DNA of 64,000 nt, from positions 1 through 64,000 of the forward strand of contig NMRA01000473.1 of assembly GCA_002633005.1 (NCBI GenBank). The letters run 5' to 3'. The notes under the pieces were generated by a model, which was given only the letters and a program-made list of their open reading frames with translations, did not search any database and was not told the origin of the DNA. Source of the DNA: Phoronis australis (lineage: Eukaryota; Animalia; Phoronida). The position numbers were made by a program, and so were the translations under genes. The number at the start of each line of letters is the position of its first letter. The stretch's first letter is position 1. Shown here in pieces: positions 11,501 through 24,451 of this stretch.

Positions 11501-14500
11501 CGTCTGACTCACTATATTTGGATTCGTCCATGCCTTTACTGAGACCAACACGCAGTATCGTATAGGCCTGCATGTACAAAGCCATGCCATTTTGACAGAT
11601 ATAGGGCTACAATACATGTATGTGTCGAGTGCAACAATATGTCACAACAATCACGGCGAATTCCAGTCGATAAATATTGCAACCAATTTCAGTTCAAACA
11701 AAGGGTATGAACTCGTCAATGTTGGTTTAGAAGTGTAAATAAATGTGAATAAGATTTTTTGACCCCAGAACAGGTTTTGTAGGTGTTTTAGTAGTGACGT
11801 CATGATATTTGAGCTCCGATTTTCGAAATGATGGTAACGCCAACGGCATAAGAACTGCATCACTGCGCGTCATCTTTTTGAAGTGCACCATATTTTTAAA
11901 AGCTTGTCAAACTTCGGCTATTTTGGAAAGTAAAGAAATATAGACCCACCACCACCACCACCCAGCATGTCCACTCACCACCGGACATAAGCTTGTATTT
12001 GAAGCCTTGTACTACATGCTTACGTTTGGAACCACAAGTGGATTTCTACTTGTGACAGCATTGATGACGCTTTCACCACTTCGTCGTTTCCAGTAGTAAT
12101 TCTTTCCGTGATCTGTCATAAGAATTTCTCTGCCGTCTGGTGATATATCAGCACCTCGTGGAAACTGGGCATTTGATGTTACAACAGGCATTGACTTTGC
12201 CTCCATAAGGTTAACCTTGTTGCCTGAATTCCATCCACTCGATGGTACCTGAAGTTGTCAAAGCCATGTTTAACGACTCCGTGACCGGCGTAAATCAACG
12301 TGAAATTTCGACAAAAAGAGGTTGCTACTAAGGGCGTAAACGCCACTGAATCAGGGGAGCGTTGAGTAGAAGCGAGAACGTCGCAAAATCATAATGGCGC
12401 AAGACCTCGCAAAATTGTGCCGCTGGCAAGTGTGCTCGAAACTCTAGCAAAAGGATAGCCACTGAAGCGATTGGTCAGTGAGTAGAGGTTGGTATGTTGA
12501 CTTATGGGGTGAAATTCACCGCTTTCGTTCCATATTAAGCGGCTCACGTGACGTCATATTGTTGTTTGAATCTGACCGTAAGCGGATAAGGGACCTATTT
12601 AGTACATTAATGCAAAATACTGACACATAGGAACAAATAAAACGGACAGAGCATTATCAGCAGGATCCTTAAACTAAGGACAAAGAGGAGTTTCATTTTA
12701 ATTTTAAAATATCCCAAAAGTGATATCACTGGCCACAGTACCAAAATATGAGGATTTTGGTATCTATTTTATCAAAACCGACAATTTCAAAGTTAGAGCC
12801 ATGACCCCCTCTTCCTGTCAATTTAAAAAACAGCAAAACAATATCAGATGCGGGAATTATAGTTCGTATTAAACAAAAATGTGTAGGCCCCATAGATGCG
12901 CTTGGAACATCTACCATCGGCCGGAAAATTGCAGACCACCTAGCTTGGAGGCTGATACTCAACTATAGTGGCCTTTATAATAACTTTCTTATTTCTGACC
13001 TCGATAAACTTCGTTGGTGCAGCCTGGTTAGCAGGGGTGCCTTTCATTTAAACTTTATGGTGTACTAAGTCACATATAGCCTCACACCTAATTACCTCAC
13101 AACTAAATTCAAAGCAGCCAGAGATTCTCACAATTACAAAACTGGAGCGAGTGTTTCTGGCTGTCTGGTACCATATAAACCTAAAACCAACTGGGGTAAA
13201 AGAACTTTTGGCTACAGAGGTGCTGGCACTTACAACGGGCTGGGGACTGCCGTCGCGAACGCGCTCAATCAATGTCCACGTCTTCAAACAGAAATACTGG
13301 GACTTTGTGCGTGGTGCGGTACTGTAGGCTCCGCTCATCATTCTTCCACTCTGTTTTTTCTTATTTATTCATCTAATTATACATATCAAATAATTTTTAA
13401 ACTAATTTAATTTAGGCCCTAGTTATTAATCTTTTCAATCTAATTATACATATCTCTCTGTATTATTTCCGACTGGGCCCACTTTAAAATGAGTGTATAA
13501 ACTGAAGTGGTCACCCAGTCTTTTAAAGAAGTTTAAATAAATAAACAAAAAATAAAGCTGTCTGACTAGTGCTGAAAATTTTTGCTCAGTACCGGAGGAA
13601 AGATGCTTACAGCCCAAGGTGGGCTTGCCGCCCACATTTGCCGACTCACTCATGTTGCGCACAACCGAGCGCCTGGTAAGTTACTCCAGGCACCCCATTC
13701 GATAACTCACCCGATAAATCACCGCCTGCTGACCGCTCCCAGCTAGAGAGATAAGATACACGTTTCCCCTCTCGTCCACCATCACTGCCTCGCATTCCCG
13801 TGTGGTTGGCCAGTGAATCCTCAGAACATCTGGTTTGACAGTGGCCGTTGACAGTGACGACGGCTCCTTGACCCTGTAGAGAATGACCAGATTGGAACTG
13901 GTGTAGCCAGAATCCACCACGTAGATGTAGTAGTCGTTGTTGGGACCTTTTCCAACAGCCATGTCCTCCCAGTCCTGTTAAATAAAGGATATCCAGTTCA
14001 TTATTCTGTTAAACGCTTCCGTTGCGTTAAATCTCTATACATCAAAATGTGTCTGAACACAGTCCTACAATAGCTTGGGATAAGGCTCCACCTAGTTTCC
14101 TTTTTTGAAAAAAGCCAAACCTGTATTGGTCTTTATTCGTGAGCATATGAAGATTGCTGGTTCGACCCTTGTCAAACGGATGCGCTGTTTTTTCTGTCGT
14201 AAGAACGAATAGAAACATGGTTAGGTCTCACAGTTGAAGTTGGTAAAGAAGATTGAACAACGATCTTGCACACTCACTGCTTCAAAAGAGACGTAGAAAA
14301 TAAAACTAGACTCGCCAAATATTTTCAGAGTCCAAGGTCTACAGTATAAACCTATGACATTATAAAAATATGTTGCCCCATTTGAAAATGGTCTTTCGGT
14401 GTTCTGAAGTCAAAATTATCATATAAGAACTGCAATTTTCAGATTATGTGTTCTTCATAGCGACATCTGTTGCAGTGCACATCAACTCTCTTACTCAGAG

Positions 14501-16454
14501 TGGATGCAGGTCAGGCGATTGGTTTTCTTTGTACAATATGTGCTGTACAATAACACGGTGACGAAGTGAGAAATATCTAATTCTTAAAATCCTGAATTTA
14601 CATTCGACAAAAAGAAAGTTGTAGTCTAGTCAGTACATTTTTTTCTAATATCATCGTGGCATATCCTTAAAAGGTTGTCGTTATTCCCAAAACGCAATGT
14701 TGTTCCGCACCGTTCGTTTAACCGCCTTACTGGAAACCATCTTAGAAACTCGTTGAACACTGTACGTCCGTAATATATGTTCTCGATGGGGAGATATGAC
14801 GCACAGAGAGGTTCTTGTAGTCTTTAAAGTGTGTGAGGGAAATGCAAGTGTTAGATCAGGCTGTGTTATCAAATTTGAAGATGCGAAATCTATAAGCTAT
14901 GAAAAATAAATAAAAAATAATTTAAAAAATAAATGAAATGCAGCTCAAACTGTTTGCAGAAGAATTAATTCAAGCAACGGTATTTTCAGATGTTTAGGGA
15001 TGATAGACATCATTTATGCATCATGAAATTTATAACAGGTATATATATATATATATATAATATGCAAATGACTGGCATGGTAGTGTTGCATTCCAATTCA
15101 GAGGTAACGTATTCTTAGCTAAAACACAAAATTCTCAAAAATGTCATTATTTGTCTATATCATTTGCTAACATTTCATGTTTCCGTATTTTCAACGCTTT
15201 AAATTTTTTATGAATTTTAGAGCACCAAACCTGACCCAAAAGTCGCATGCACTTTAATATTCAGAAAAGACTGTTTTAACCTTAATGTGCGTTTTACCTC
15301 TCCAGCGATAACAAATATTCTAGACACGCCGGTTTTCAACAAGTTTTCAAGATGAAGGCAACAAAGGGTGCATGGGGCAACAGTTAGCCTTGGTGGAGGA
15401 GAACCCATGTTCAGATCCCAATACTACACTGTTGATAACCATTAAATAAGGAGGTTAGACTGTCGACGAAGAAATATCACAATCCCCATTTTTAGCAATA
15501 AAACTTCATAGTAAAAACTATAAAGACCTGTATAATAGAAATGCACCCAGTTATTGCCATGTGAATCTTCACTTGAGATTTGGACTTTGAATATAAAATA
15601 GCAATGTCCCTTTACGAAGAATTGAAAAGAAAAACAGCTAGAGAATATTAGGGCTCGCTATGCTTTCACGTGCTATCGGACCCACGACACGCCAGTGAGA
15701 CCCGAGTGATACGGGCAACAATAAATGTGACAAAATTGTTAAGAAACACAATCATAATGCTACAGATAATGGTAAAGGGCCAAGGTAAGTAACCATTTAC
15801 CCAGAACATACCTTATTGCTCGCGCCACTGAACGTGAGCATGCCACGTCTTACGCCAGAGTTCAGTGAAACGGCTACAACCCTTGGTTGGTCACCAGAGT
15901 CATTGTGGATCCAAATCCGGTCCGTGTGCTGGTGACTCGCTGCTAAACCGGAAGCCTCGGAGACCTTGCTCGTGCTGACGGTTACTTGTTTCACTCCGTC
16001 TTCAAACAATTGAGCACGACTCTGGGCCACTACAGGACATTCAAGGAGGCAGATGTTACTGTCAATACCATGAGCTCACTTAGAGGGATTCGCACATTTG
16101 TGACTTCAGTTCTAGATTTGTTGCATTATTTGCATTAATTATTCAGTCAGACACTTTGTCTCTGATTATCACTCTTTTCGTGTCATTTGAAAGTCGTCGC
16201 GTCTATGAAAAATGCTGGCTTTGGGATACCTAAATGAATTTTGTTTATTAACAAATAAAATACGAGTAAACGGGGTCGTCCAATAATCACACCTGACTAG
16301 AACGTACAACATTTAGGTTCACCTGAGCTAAGGTTTGGTGCTTGAATGTGTGGTAGAACGCTTTTGTATAGGCTATGTAGCCGACGAATTTGACGTGTAC
16401 ATAGGTATACTCACCTAGTGCCACAAAGACAAGTGATGCACGCATTAACAACAT
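7493..16454 (-). CDS. Five-exon gene for a secreted bacterial-type beta-propeller-like + purple acid phosphatase (ACP5/TRAP-like) fusion protein, 586 aa
   Basis: Exons 16454-16415, 16029-15812, 13974-13711, 12248-12024, 8506-7493; all introns GT-AG, phases 1,0,0,0; 1761 nt open frame; signal peptide MLLMRASLVFVALVAQSRA; all purple acid phosphatase metal motifs present. Confidence 0.88.
9470..9960 (+). mobile_element. Partial copy of the ISL2EU-like element, in intron 4 of the fusion gene
   Basis: Starts AT|GGGGCTATTCGGA; inverted match to about 55912-56423, including the SAP-like segment. Confidence 0.75.
12024..12248 (-). CDS. Fusion gene exon 4
   Basis: cttcag|GTA...AAC|gtaagc; 75 codons containing GADISPDGREIL...YYW.R. 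Confidence 0.88.
13050..13310 (+). mobile_element. CR1/L2-type LINE 3' fragment
   Basis: PKTNWGKRTFGYRGAGTYNGL...VFKQK resembles the CR1/L2 ORF2 tail P.T..GKRSF.YRG...WN.L...FK. Confidence 0.65.
13711..13974 (-). CDS. Fusion gene exon 3
   Basis: taacag|GAC...CGG|gtgagt; 88 codons, DWEDMAVG...YIYVVDSG...LYRVKEP...CEAVMVD...YLIS. Confidence 0.9.
15812..16029 (-). CDS. Fusion gene exon 2
   Basis: cctgtag|TG...AAG|gtatgt; SEASGLAASHQHTDRIWIHNDSGDQPRVVAV. Confidence 0.9.
16415..16454 (-). CDS. Fusion gene exon 1 (signal peptide)
   Basis: ATG at 16454, MLLMRASLVFVAL+G|gtgagt; phase 1 joins exon 2; in-frame ATGs further upstream (e.g. 16499) are alternative starts. Confidence 0.75.
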
Positions 16455-16862
16455 TGTGTATAAGTGACTGCTGGATGCGTCGCACATGTACTTATACATG
16501 TAGTTAACTCATCTAACATGGACTGAAAGTGGGACATGGAGCAGATAAGCGTCATCCGTGGGCGCTACGTGAATCTGGTGCCATTCTCATAACACGCATT
16601 TGGCACAACGTAGTGGCTAAATTGTCCCACTCGCCGCCTCGGGAAATTTTAAAGGTATAACTTTGTATAAGATAATTAAGATGAATATCTTTGCAACAAT
16701 TCAAGCATGCAAATGCAATTTCCAACATTTTCAAATGAAAACATTTTATTTTGACTCGAGTTCGAGCCGGTCTTGTAGGCTTACTAATCTAAAATTAAAA
16801 CACTTTTCTCGCCAATTATGTTGCATTAGCCTCGATCAAGTACTTCGCGTACAGAATATTAA

Positions 16863-18519
16863 AGGAGCATGCCACCCAAAAACAACCTATTTTGTAGATC
16901 GAGTAGTTCTACTCGATAACGGCACGTTCGGTTGCGTTACCCGACACCTGACGGCAGACGGAGGTGTTGAAATTATCCAATGACGTAATTGGTTTCACAT
17001 GCAGTCTGTTCACGGTAGTTCACCACACGGGTTACTGGTGTCAGCTTATCGCGTCATCGTTTAACACCGATAAATCATCAAACTTCGATGTAAAACCCTT
17101 AAAAATACACCGAGTTCTTATAAAAACGTGTTGCTTTATTTCGCTCTTACGGATTTATTGGTATTTGGACACACCGTAGCCTACAAAGTTCGGCAGGCCA
17201 ATTTACCAACTACAAGGAGTTTGGGGTCTGTTCGGAGATAAATTCGAAGTATTTTTCAGTGAAATACAGACAGGAGAACCTATAACTGTGTTGTTAAGAC
17301 TTATGATTTTTTGAGGTCTTAACACACAAAACGCCTGCTATCCCGACCAGTAGCTCTGAACCCGATCAGGCCCGTCGGGGCCGGACTAATGACTCGTTAT
17401 CCCGGCCATAAGTGACTCGGAACCCGATCAGGCCCGTCGCCGCCGCGCCGGGACTGGCACGAACATAAACCAGCTTGAGTTTTAAACTAAACCTGAAGCC
17501 AGGAAAAGACTATAATAGTGAGCCACAGAAATAATGGAAATTAGCCAAGAAACTGAAAAACTCATGTCGGGGGCCGCGAACAAGTCGGGCTACCCTTCCA
17601 CAGACCGTCAGGGCAAAGGTTGTACAGCAACAATGACTTGAATAATGTATATGTATATCCAAATAAAGATTCCCCTAACATGTGACCATAGCATATAAAA
17701 TCGACTAATTGTTTCGCAACAGCTTTCTGTCAGCAAACACTGAATTAGCGTGCGCTCACACGGCCTCGGTGCCCGGTCAATTACCTTTGATGACGGCATC
17801 AAAAGCCGATAACGCAGTGGTTTATTTATTGCTGGCTTCTCAACATTTGCACTCACGAATACTGCAAAGGCATTACAAATTAGACAGACTTTGTTTCAGT
17901 TTTATATAAGCATTGGTTAGGATGAGAATAATTCATTTTGAAACAGAACGCAGTATAATACTAACGTCTACATGGCAACTCGCCCGGCAATTAGTCAAGA
18001 GCTCATCCGACGAAAACTTCAGGGATCGGATCGTTAGGTTTCACAGGCTATCAATTCGAACCGGAATACACTGATCACGAAATACTAGAGAGGTGCCATG
18101 AAAAAGACAACGGAAAGTATGGATAGTTCTTTGGTAAGCCGGAATTCGTCAGAGAAATCACTGTCGACGAAATGCCGGCCACAGACACGGAGATATTTCA
18201 CGGCCTCATACTTGCTATTAACAGCGTACCTTTCATTCTTCACTACCATGAGCCATTTCCTAAGCATTTCGGAAGGAAGCCGAAAAAAGATATACCCGCT
18301 TTCTTCGCAGCTTCATAGTTCGGACAAGCGAGAACGATGCACCACGATATAGCGACATTCACTCTGCAGAGAACCACTGACGTTGCTGCGTCGTTTCTCA
18401 CCCTCCTCACAGTTTAATGCGACACCTCTCGGCAAGGTGAGGTCGACAGTATAAGATGCGATGTGTATATAGACCTATTAAGACTGTAAAAAAATAATTA
18501 AATCGGGTGGCATTCTCCT
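16863..18519 (-). mobile_element. Kolobok family A, copy K1 (non-autonomous, THAP remnant)
   Basis: TTAA|AGGAGCATGCCACCC ... GGGTGGCATTCTCCT|TTAA; minus-strand CIVLACPN...GISFF...RKWL...RVCGRHFVDSDF is a THAP domain, frameshifted. Confidence 0.92.
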
Positions 18520-18523
18520 TTAA

Positions 18524-19985
18524 AGGAACATGCCACCCAAAAAACAACCTAATTTGTATCAATTTTAATCGAGTAGATCTACTCCATAACGACACGTACG
18601 GTTGCGTTACCTGACACCTGACCTGACGGCAGACGGAGGTGTTGAAATTATCCAATGACGTCATCGGTTTCACACGCAGTCTGTTCAGCAGTTCACAACA
18701 CGGGTTACTGGTGTCAGCTTATCGCTTGAAGTCATCGTTTAACACCAATAAATCATCAAACTTCGATGTAAAACCCTTAAAGATACACCGAGTTCTTATA
18801 AAAACGTGTTGTTTTATTTCGCTCTCACGGATTTATTGGTATTTGGACACACCGTAGACCACAAAGTTCGGCAGGCCAATGTAGTATGAGTTTGGGGTGT
18901 GTTCGGAGATAATTTCGAAGTATTTTTCGTGAGATACAGACAGGAGAACCTAGATCTGTGTTGTTTAGACTTGTGATTTTTTGAGTTCTAAACACAAAAC
19001 GCTAGTTATCCTGGCCAGTGGCTCGGAGCCCGATCAGGCCCGTCGCGGCGGCCGGCCGGATCGTTATCCGGGCCAGAGGCTCGGAAATGACTGATCAGAC
19101 ATCACGAACATAAACCAGCCAAAGTTCAGTGGAAACTAAATTTCCAGTCAAGAAAATACTATAATAGTGAGCCAAAGTAATGTGCACGTGATTATTTTGG
19201 TGAATTGGCCACGAAACTGCAAATCAACGTACTCGTCGGGGGCCGCAAATTCAGATCCGCTTTGGCCACAGCACCGTCAGGCCAGAAGTTGTACATTGAC
19301 AATCCTTATTTGAGTAATGTAAATGTAAATAAAGATTCCCCTAACACCTGCCCGTGGGATGGAAATCGAGTTGTTTCACAACAGTTTCTGCCAGCAATCA
19401 CTTAATTCAGTATTATGAGCTCACACGGCCTCGGTGTCCCGTCAATTAGTTTTATTGCACCTAAAGCCGGTAACGCAGTGATTTAATCATTGCTGGCTTC
19501 TCAAATCATTTGCACTCACGAACAATCCAAAGGCATTACAAATTGCATGTAATGGGACAGACTTTGTTTCAGTTTTATATAAGTATTGGTTAGGGTGAGA
19601 ATAATTCATTTTGGAGCAGAACGCTCAGTAATAAACGCCAACATGGCAACTCGCAATCCCGACTTAGGACGAGCTAGAGCTCACCAGTCTCGACTTCGCA
19701 GGTGGATCGTTAAGTTTTACAGGCTATCAATTCGAACAAGAATACAGTGATGAAGAAATACTAGAGAGGCGCCGTGAACAAGCTCAGACAACGGAACGTA
19801 TGGAGTTATTTGGTAAGCCGGCATTCGTCAGGCACTGTCGATGTCTGCAGGCCACACTCAGACACAGAGGTGTTTCACAGCCTCATACTTGCTATTTACA
19901 GCGTACATTTCATTCTTCATTACCATGAGCCACTTCCTAAGCATTTCGGACTCTCGAAGAAGTCGAAAAAAGGATATACCCGCTT
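18524..19985 (-). mobile_element. Kolobok family A, copy K2, head-to-tail with K1, right end missing
   Basis: Shares TTAA 18520-18523 with K1; starts AGGAACATGCCACCC; similarity ends inside the THAP remnant near 19985. Confidence 0.9.
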
Positions 19986-20389
19986 GTCTAATTAGTGGAT
20001 ATCATATAAGAAATTAATTACCAGATTTTTAAAATTGTTCTCTCTCCATCTACGCACAATCTCAAAGCACAGCTACCTTTTAAACAAACCTACAGTCAAT
20101 CTCTGACAGTCCCGTCACACTTTAACGCTGCTCTGTGATTTGTACATTAACAACTAGGACCAACTTAATTCACCTAAAAAATTGGGGCCAATGTACTTGA
20201 ATTGTGATTCTTCACCGGGTATTTGGCTCGTAACCACGTGTTGCCTGGATGATGAGACGGCGTGTCTACTAGGCAATTCTCAAATTTCTGATTTCAGCAT
20301 AATTCACACACTCCACAATTCAGGAGCCCCGCGTTTGTGCCAATATCAAGAATGCTATACCGTTGCACGTTTTGCCTCTGCGTTTAAAA

Positions 20390-23300
20390 AAACTAAAACT
20401 GTTAATCCAAGAACGGTTGAAAAATCAATGAATGGATGGCGTCTTGGTAAGACTTTTACCGAGCATCGCTTAAAAGCTTTGAGCAGCATTACGACACCTA
20501 TTCGAACATCGCTTACCGAGGCCTCGCACCTTTGACTCTACACATATTGAAAATGGCAGACCCCAACACACTTTCCAAAATCGCCAGAGAGGCCAATGCT
20601 TCCACGTAGTCGTGATCTTGGAGTGGGAAATAGCGAGTGAAAGTGACGAAGTGGTAAATGAAACATTCGAAATTTGAAGAACGGAGAGGCCGGGGAGATG
20701 ATGATGAGAGTTCAACAATAAATTTACTGACACGAAGAATGGAAGACGGAGCTGAACAGGACAGGGCAAAGAGAAGCTTAGAAGTGTGAGACGGGTGCAA
20801 AGGGTGTTGCCATCTTGTTTAATAGTAATTTTGAAATTTCAATTTTTTACTTTGGATACTGAAGGAAATCTCCTAATTTTAGAGCTTGAAGTAAATAACT
20901 GTTTCTCTATTGTGTTAGTGAATATTTATGGACCAAACAAAGACAGCCCTAATATTTAATGACATTTCACAGAAAATCGCCAGTTTACATGGTCCAGGAC
21001 AAATGCGGTTAAAGGAGAATGCCACCCGATTTAATCAGGCTTTTTTACCGTCTTAATCGGTCTATATCCACAACGCCTCGCATACGGTCGACCTTACCTT
21101 GTCTAGAGGTGTCGCGTTAACCTGTGAGGAAGGTGAGAAACGACGCTAGCGACGTCAGTGGTTCATATGCAGAGTGAATGCCACTATGTTGCGATGCGTC
21201 GTTCCCGCTGGTCCGAAATAAGCAGCTGCGAGGAAAGCGGGTATATCGTTTTTTTTTACTTCCTCGAGAGTCCGAAATGCTTAGGAAGTGGCTCATGGTA
21301 GTGAAGAATGAAATGTACGCTGCAAATAGCAAGTATGAGGCCGTGAAACATCTCCGTTCCTGTGGCCTGCAGACGTCCGATTGACAGTGCCTGACGAATG
21401 CCGGCTTACCAAGTAACCGTTGTATGAGCTTGTTCACGGCGCCTCTCTAGTATTTCTTCATCATTGTATTCCTGTTCGAATTGATAGCCTGTAAAACTTA
21501 ACGATCCACCTGCGAAGTCGGGACTGATGAGCTCTAGCTCGTCCTAAGTCGGGATTGCGAGTTGCTATGTTGGCGTTTATTACTGAGCGTTCTGTTTCAA
21601 AATGAATTATTCTCACCCTAACCAATACTTATATAAAACTGAAACAAAGTGTGTCTCATTAGATGCAATTTGTAATGCCTTTGGAGTGTTCGTGAGTGCA
21701 AATGATTTGAGAAGCCAGCAATGAATAAATCACTGCGTTACCGGCTTTAGGTACAATAAAACTAATGGACGGGACACCGAGGCCGTGTGAGCTCATGCTA
21801 ATTTAGTGTTTGCTGGCAGAAACTGTTGTGAAACAACTCGATTTCCATCCCACGGGCAGGTGTTAGGGGAATCTTTATTTACATTTACATTACTTAAATA
21901 GTGATTGTCAATGTATAACTTCTGCCCTGACGGTGCTGTGGCCAAAGCGGAACCTGAATTCGTGGCCCCCGACGAGTAAGTAGATTTGCAGTTTCGTGGC
22001 TAATTCACCAACATAATCACGTTCTCATTACTTTGGCTCACTAGTATAGTATTTTCTTGACTGGAAGTTAAGTTTCCACTGAACTTTGGCTGGTTCATGT
22101 TCCTGATGTCTGATCAGTTTCTGAGCCACTGGCCGGGATAACGAGTCAATCCGGCCGGCCGAGACGCCGGGGCCTGATCAGGCTCCGAGCCACTGGCCAG
22201 AATAACGAGCGTTTTGTGTTAAGAACTCAAAAAATCACAAATCTAAGCAACACAGATCTAGGTTCTCCTGTCTGTATCTCACGGAAAATAGTTCGAAATT
22301 ATCTCCGAACACACCCCAAACTCCTGCTACGAACCTTATTGGCCTGCCGAACTTTGTAGGCTACAATGTGTCCAAATACAAATAAATCCGTAAGAGCGAA
22401 ATAAAACAACACGTTTTTATAAGAACTCGGTGTATTTTTAAGGGTTTTACATCGAAGTTTGAGGATTTATTGGTGTTAAACGATGACTTCAAGCGATAAG
22501 ATGACACCAGTAACCCGTGCTGTGGACTGCTGAACAGACTGCGTGTGAAACCGATTACGTCATTGGATAATTTCAACACCTCCGTCTGCCGTCAGGTAAC
22601 GCAACCGTACGTGTCGTTTTGGAGTAGAACTACTCGATCTAAATTGAAACAAATTAGTTTTTTTTGGGTGGCATGCTCCTTTAAAAAGCTAGCTTAGATT
22701 ATTTTCTCGTTACCCAAAAATTACTCTCGACATTATTCCGCGTATCGACCGAGACCGAAGTATTTATCCCATACGCTTCGAATTCCTGTTTCTTTCACTT
22801 TTCCGCAGATTTTCTAAATACTTCTCAGACTGATCACATCATATATGGTATGTACTTGCGCCGTTAGGTTGCAAGTTTTCTCCAATCAAAGAAACAGTTT
22901 TAAATATAACGATTTATTACTTGAAAGATAACAGAGAAAAAAACAACGGCAACTTAGCACTGAACATGTAACATTTGCTGAAAATATTTAAATAACATTT
23001 GATGTTATAGTTACCATGGAATCGCCGCCTGAGTTGCAGACGATTTAATATTTAGCAAATGAAAACTGAGACAGAACTGTCAAATAATTAACAATCCTGT
23101 TGAGGATGTTACGATTGAGACCTGATTGCATGTTGAGTGTTACTCATACTGTTGAAATTGCATTACTTTAAACTATTTTCTGAAAGTTTGATGATCGAAC
23201 CGGCTATCGACGTCGAGTCGACATTGATCTACCTTTTGTACCTTCCATGTCAGAGGTCGCTGTTGAAGTAGTGCGGGAGGTGAATACGGAAAGCATTATT

Positions 23301-24415
23301 ACATGGCCGTATTTCCCTCTACTGATTCAACGCGTATGGGATAAAATACCATACGTGACCTTGCAGAGGCAGTTTTGTGTTGTGAAGTTGATAACTTTTT
23401 TAAAATGGGGGACGCATTCATTACAAAACAGCTGAAGGAACCGACAATCTGTTCTAGAAAGTTTTAAGCCATTATTGTGATGCTGTTCAAATGTGTGACA
23501 AAAATTAAAATATTATTTACTCTCCCCTGGGGTATAATTCAAAGATTAAAATCGGTGGAAAATCTATTTTCTACAAGAACTGGTATGAAAGAAGAGTCTA
23601 TCATGTGTGTGTCTTGTTTAATGCTGAAGGTTCTTTTATGTCATACGAAGAACTCTGTAAGTTATAACTTTCAACTTCCAATACTAGAATTCTATGGATT
23701 AAGAAGTGCAACCTTAACAGTGTACAGGGGTCTTAAGAACAAACAATACCTTTTACCAAATTTTCTAAGATATATTTATAAAGTTTTGCATAACAAATCA
23801 CACCTTAGTACAGTCACTTCAGACAGCTTGTAAATATAAAAACGAGTGGTCATCTGAGATAAATAAAAACGTTATAAATGAAGTAAATTTTAGTGACCCT
23901 GATACATGATGGAGAAAAGTAAATAAACTCCCCAAAAGATACAAAATTGCGTTGGTATCAATACCGCTTAATTCACAGAATATTGCTAGCCAATAATTAT
24001 TTGCATCAAATTAAAATAAAAACAAGTGCTTTATGCTCTTTCTGTGATGAACATAGTGAAATTTTTCTCCATCTCTTTTGGGAATGTCGTCTTGTCTCCG
24101 GTTTCTGGCTCCTGTTTGCTGAATGGTTGAAACAAACATATGTAAATTTTCATGTGCAAAAACAAGTTTTTTGTTTTATGTGTTGTTCATACTAACAATA
24201 ATTACATATTTAGCCAAAAGTTTGTTAAAAAAATCTCAATTTCCAAATGTTCGTAAACTTTATTAAGTTACATCATGAAGAAAACACCGTACTTGTTGAC
24301 TAGTGATTTAATGTTATTATTTGTAAATGATGTATACTGTATTGTTTTATGTGACATGTAATTATCATGCTAGAGCAAAATAAAAATATTAAAGATAAAA
24401 AATAAATAAAAATAA
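20390..24415 (+). mobile_element. Decayed L1/Tx1-type non-LTR retrotransposon, split by Kolobok K3
   Basis: Endonuclease motifs GVAILF, LVNIYGPN, FTW (before K3) and SLDYFLV, TDH (after K3); C-terminal zf-RVT WYQYRLIHRIL...CSFC...HLFWEC at 23947-24195; A-rich tail near 24400; ends approximate. Confidence 0.8.
21013..22680 (+). mobile_element. Kolobok family A, copy K3 (complete ends, inverted relative to K1/K2)
   Basis: TTAA (21009-21012) AGGAGAATGCCACCC ... GGGTGGCATGCTCCT TTAA (22681-22684); THAP remnant at about 21178-21384. Confidence 0.92.
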
Positions 24416-24451
24416 GACGTCAAGAAGGCGAGGAAGGATACATGTAGTAAC

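Noticed and set aside
18085-18360. THAP ORFs as domesticated host genes (also 21178-21384)
   Set aside because: Frameshifted or stop-containing, and inside TIR- and TTAA-bounded multi-copy elements
21522-21550. CTGATGA motif as another hammerhead
   Set aside because: No GAAA or stem III follows; it is internal Kolobok sequence
18524-22680. K2 + LINE fragment + K3 as one composite transposon
   Set aside because: The L1/Tx1 endonuclease motifs continue across K3 (FTW before, LDYFLV after), so K3 inserted on its own
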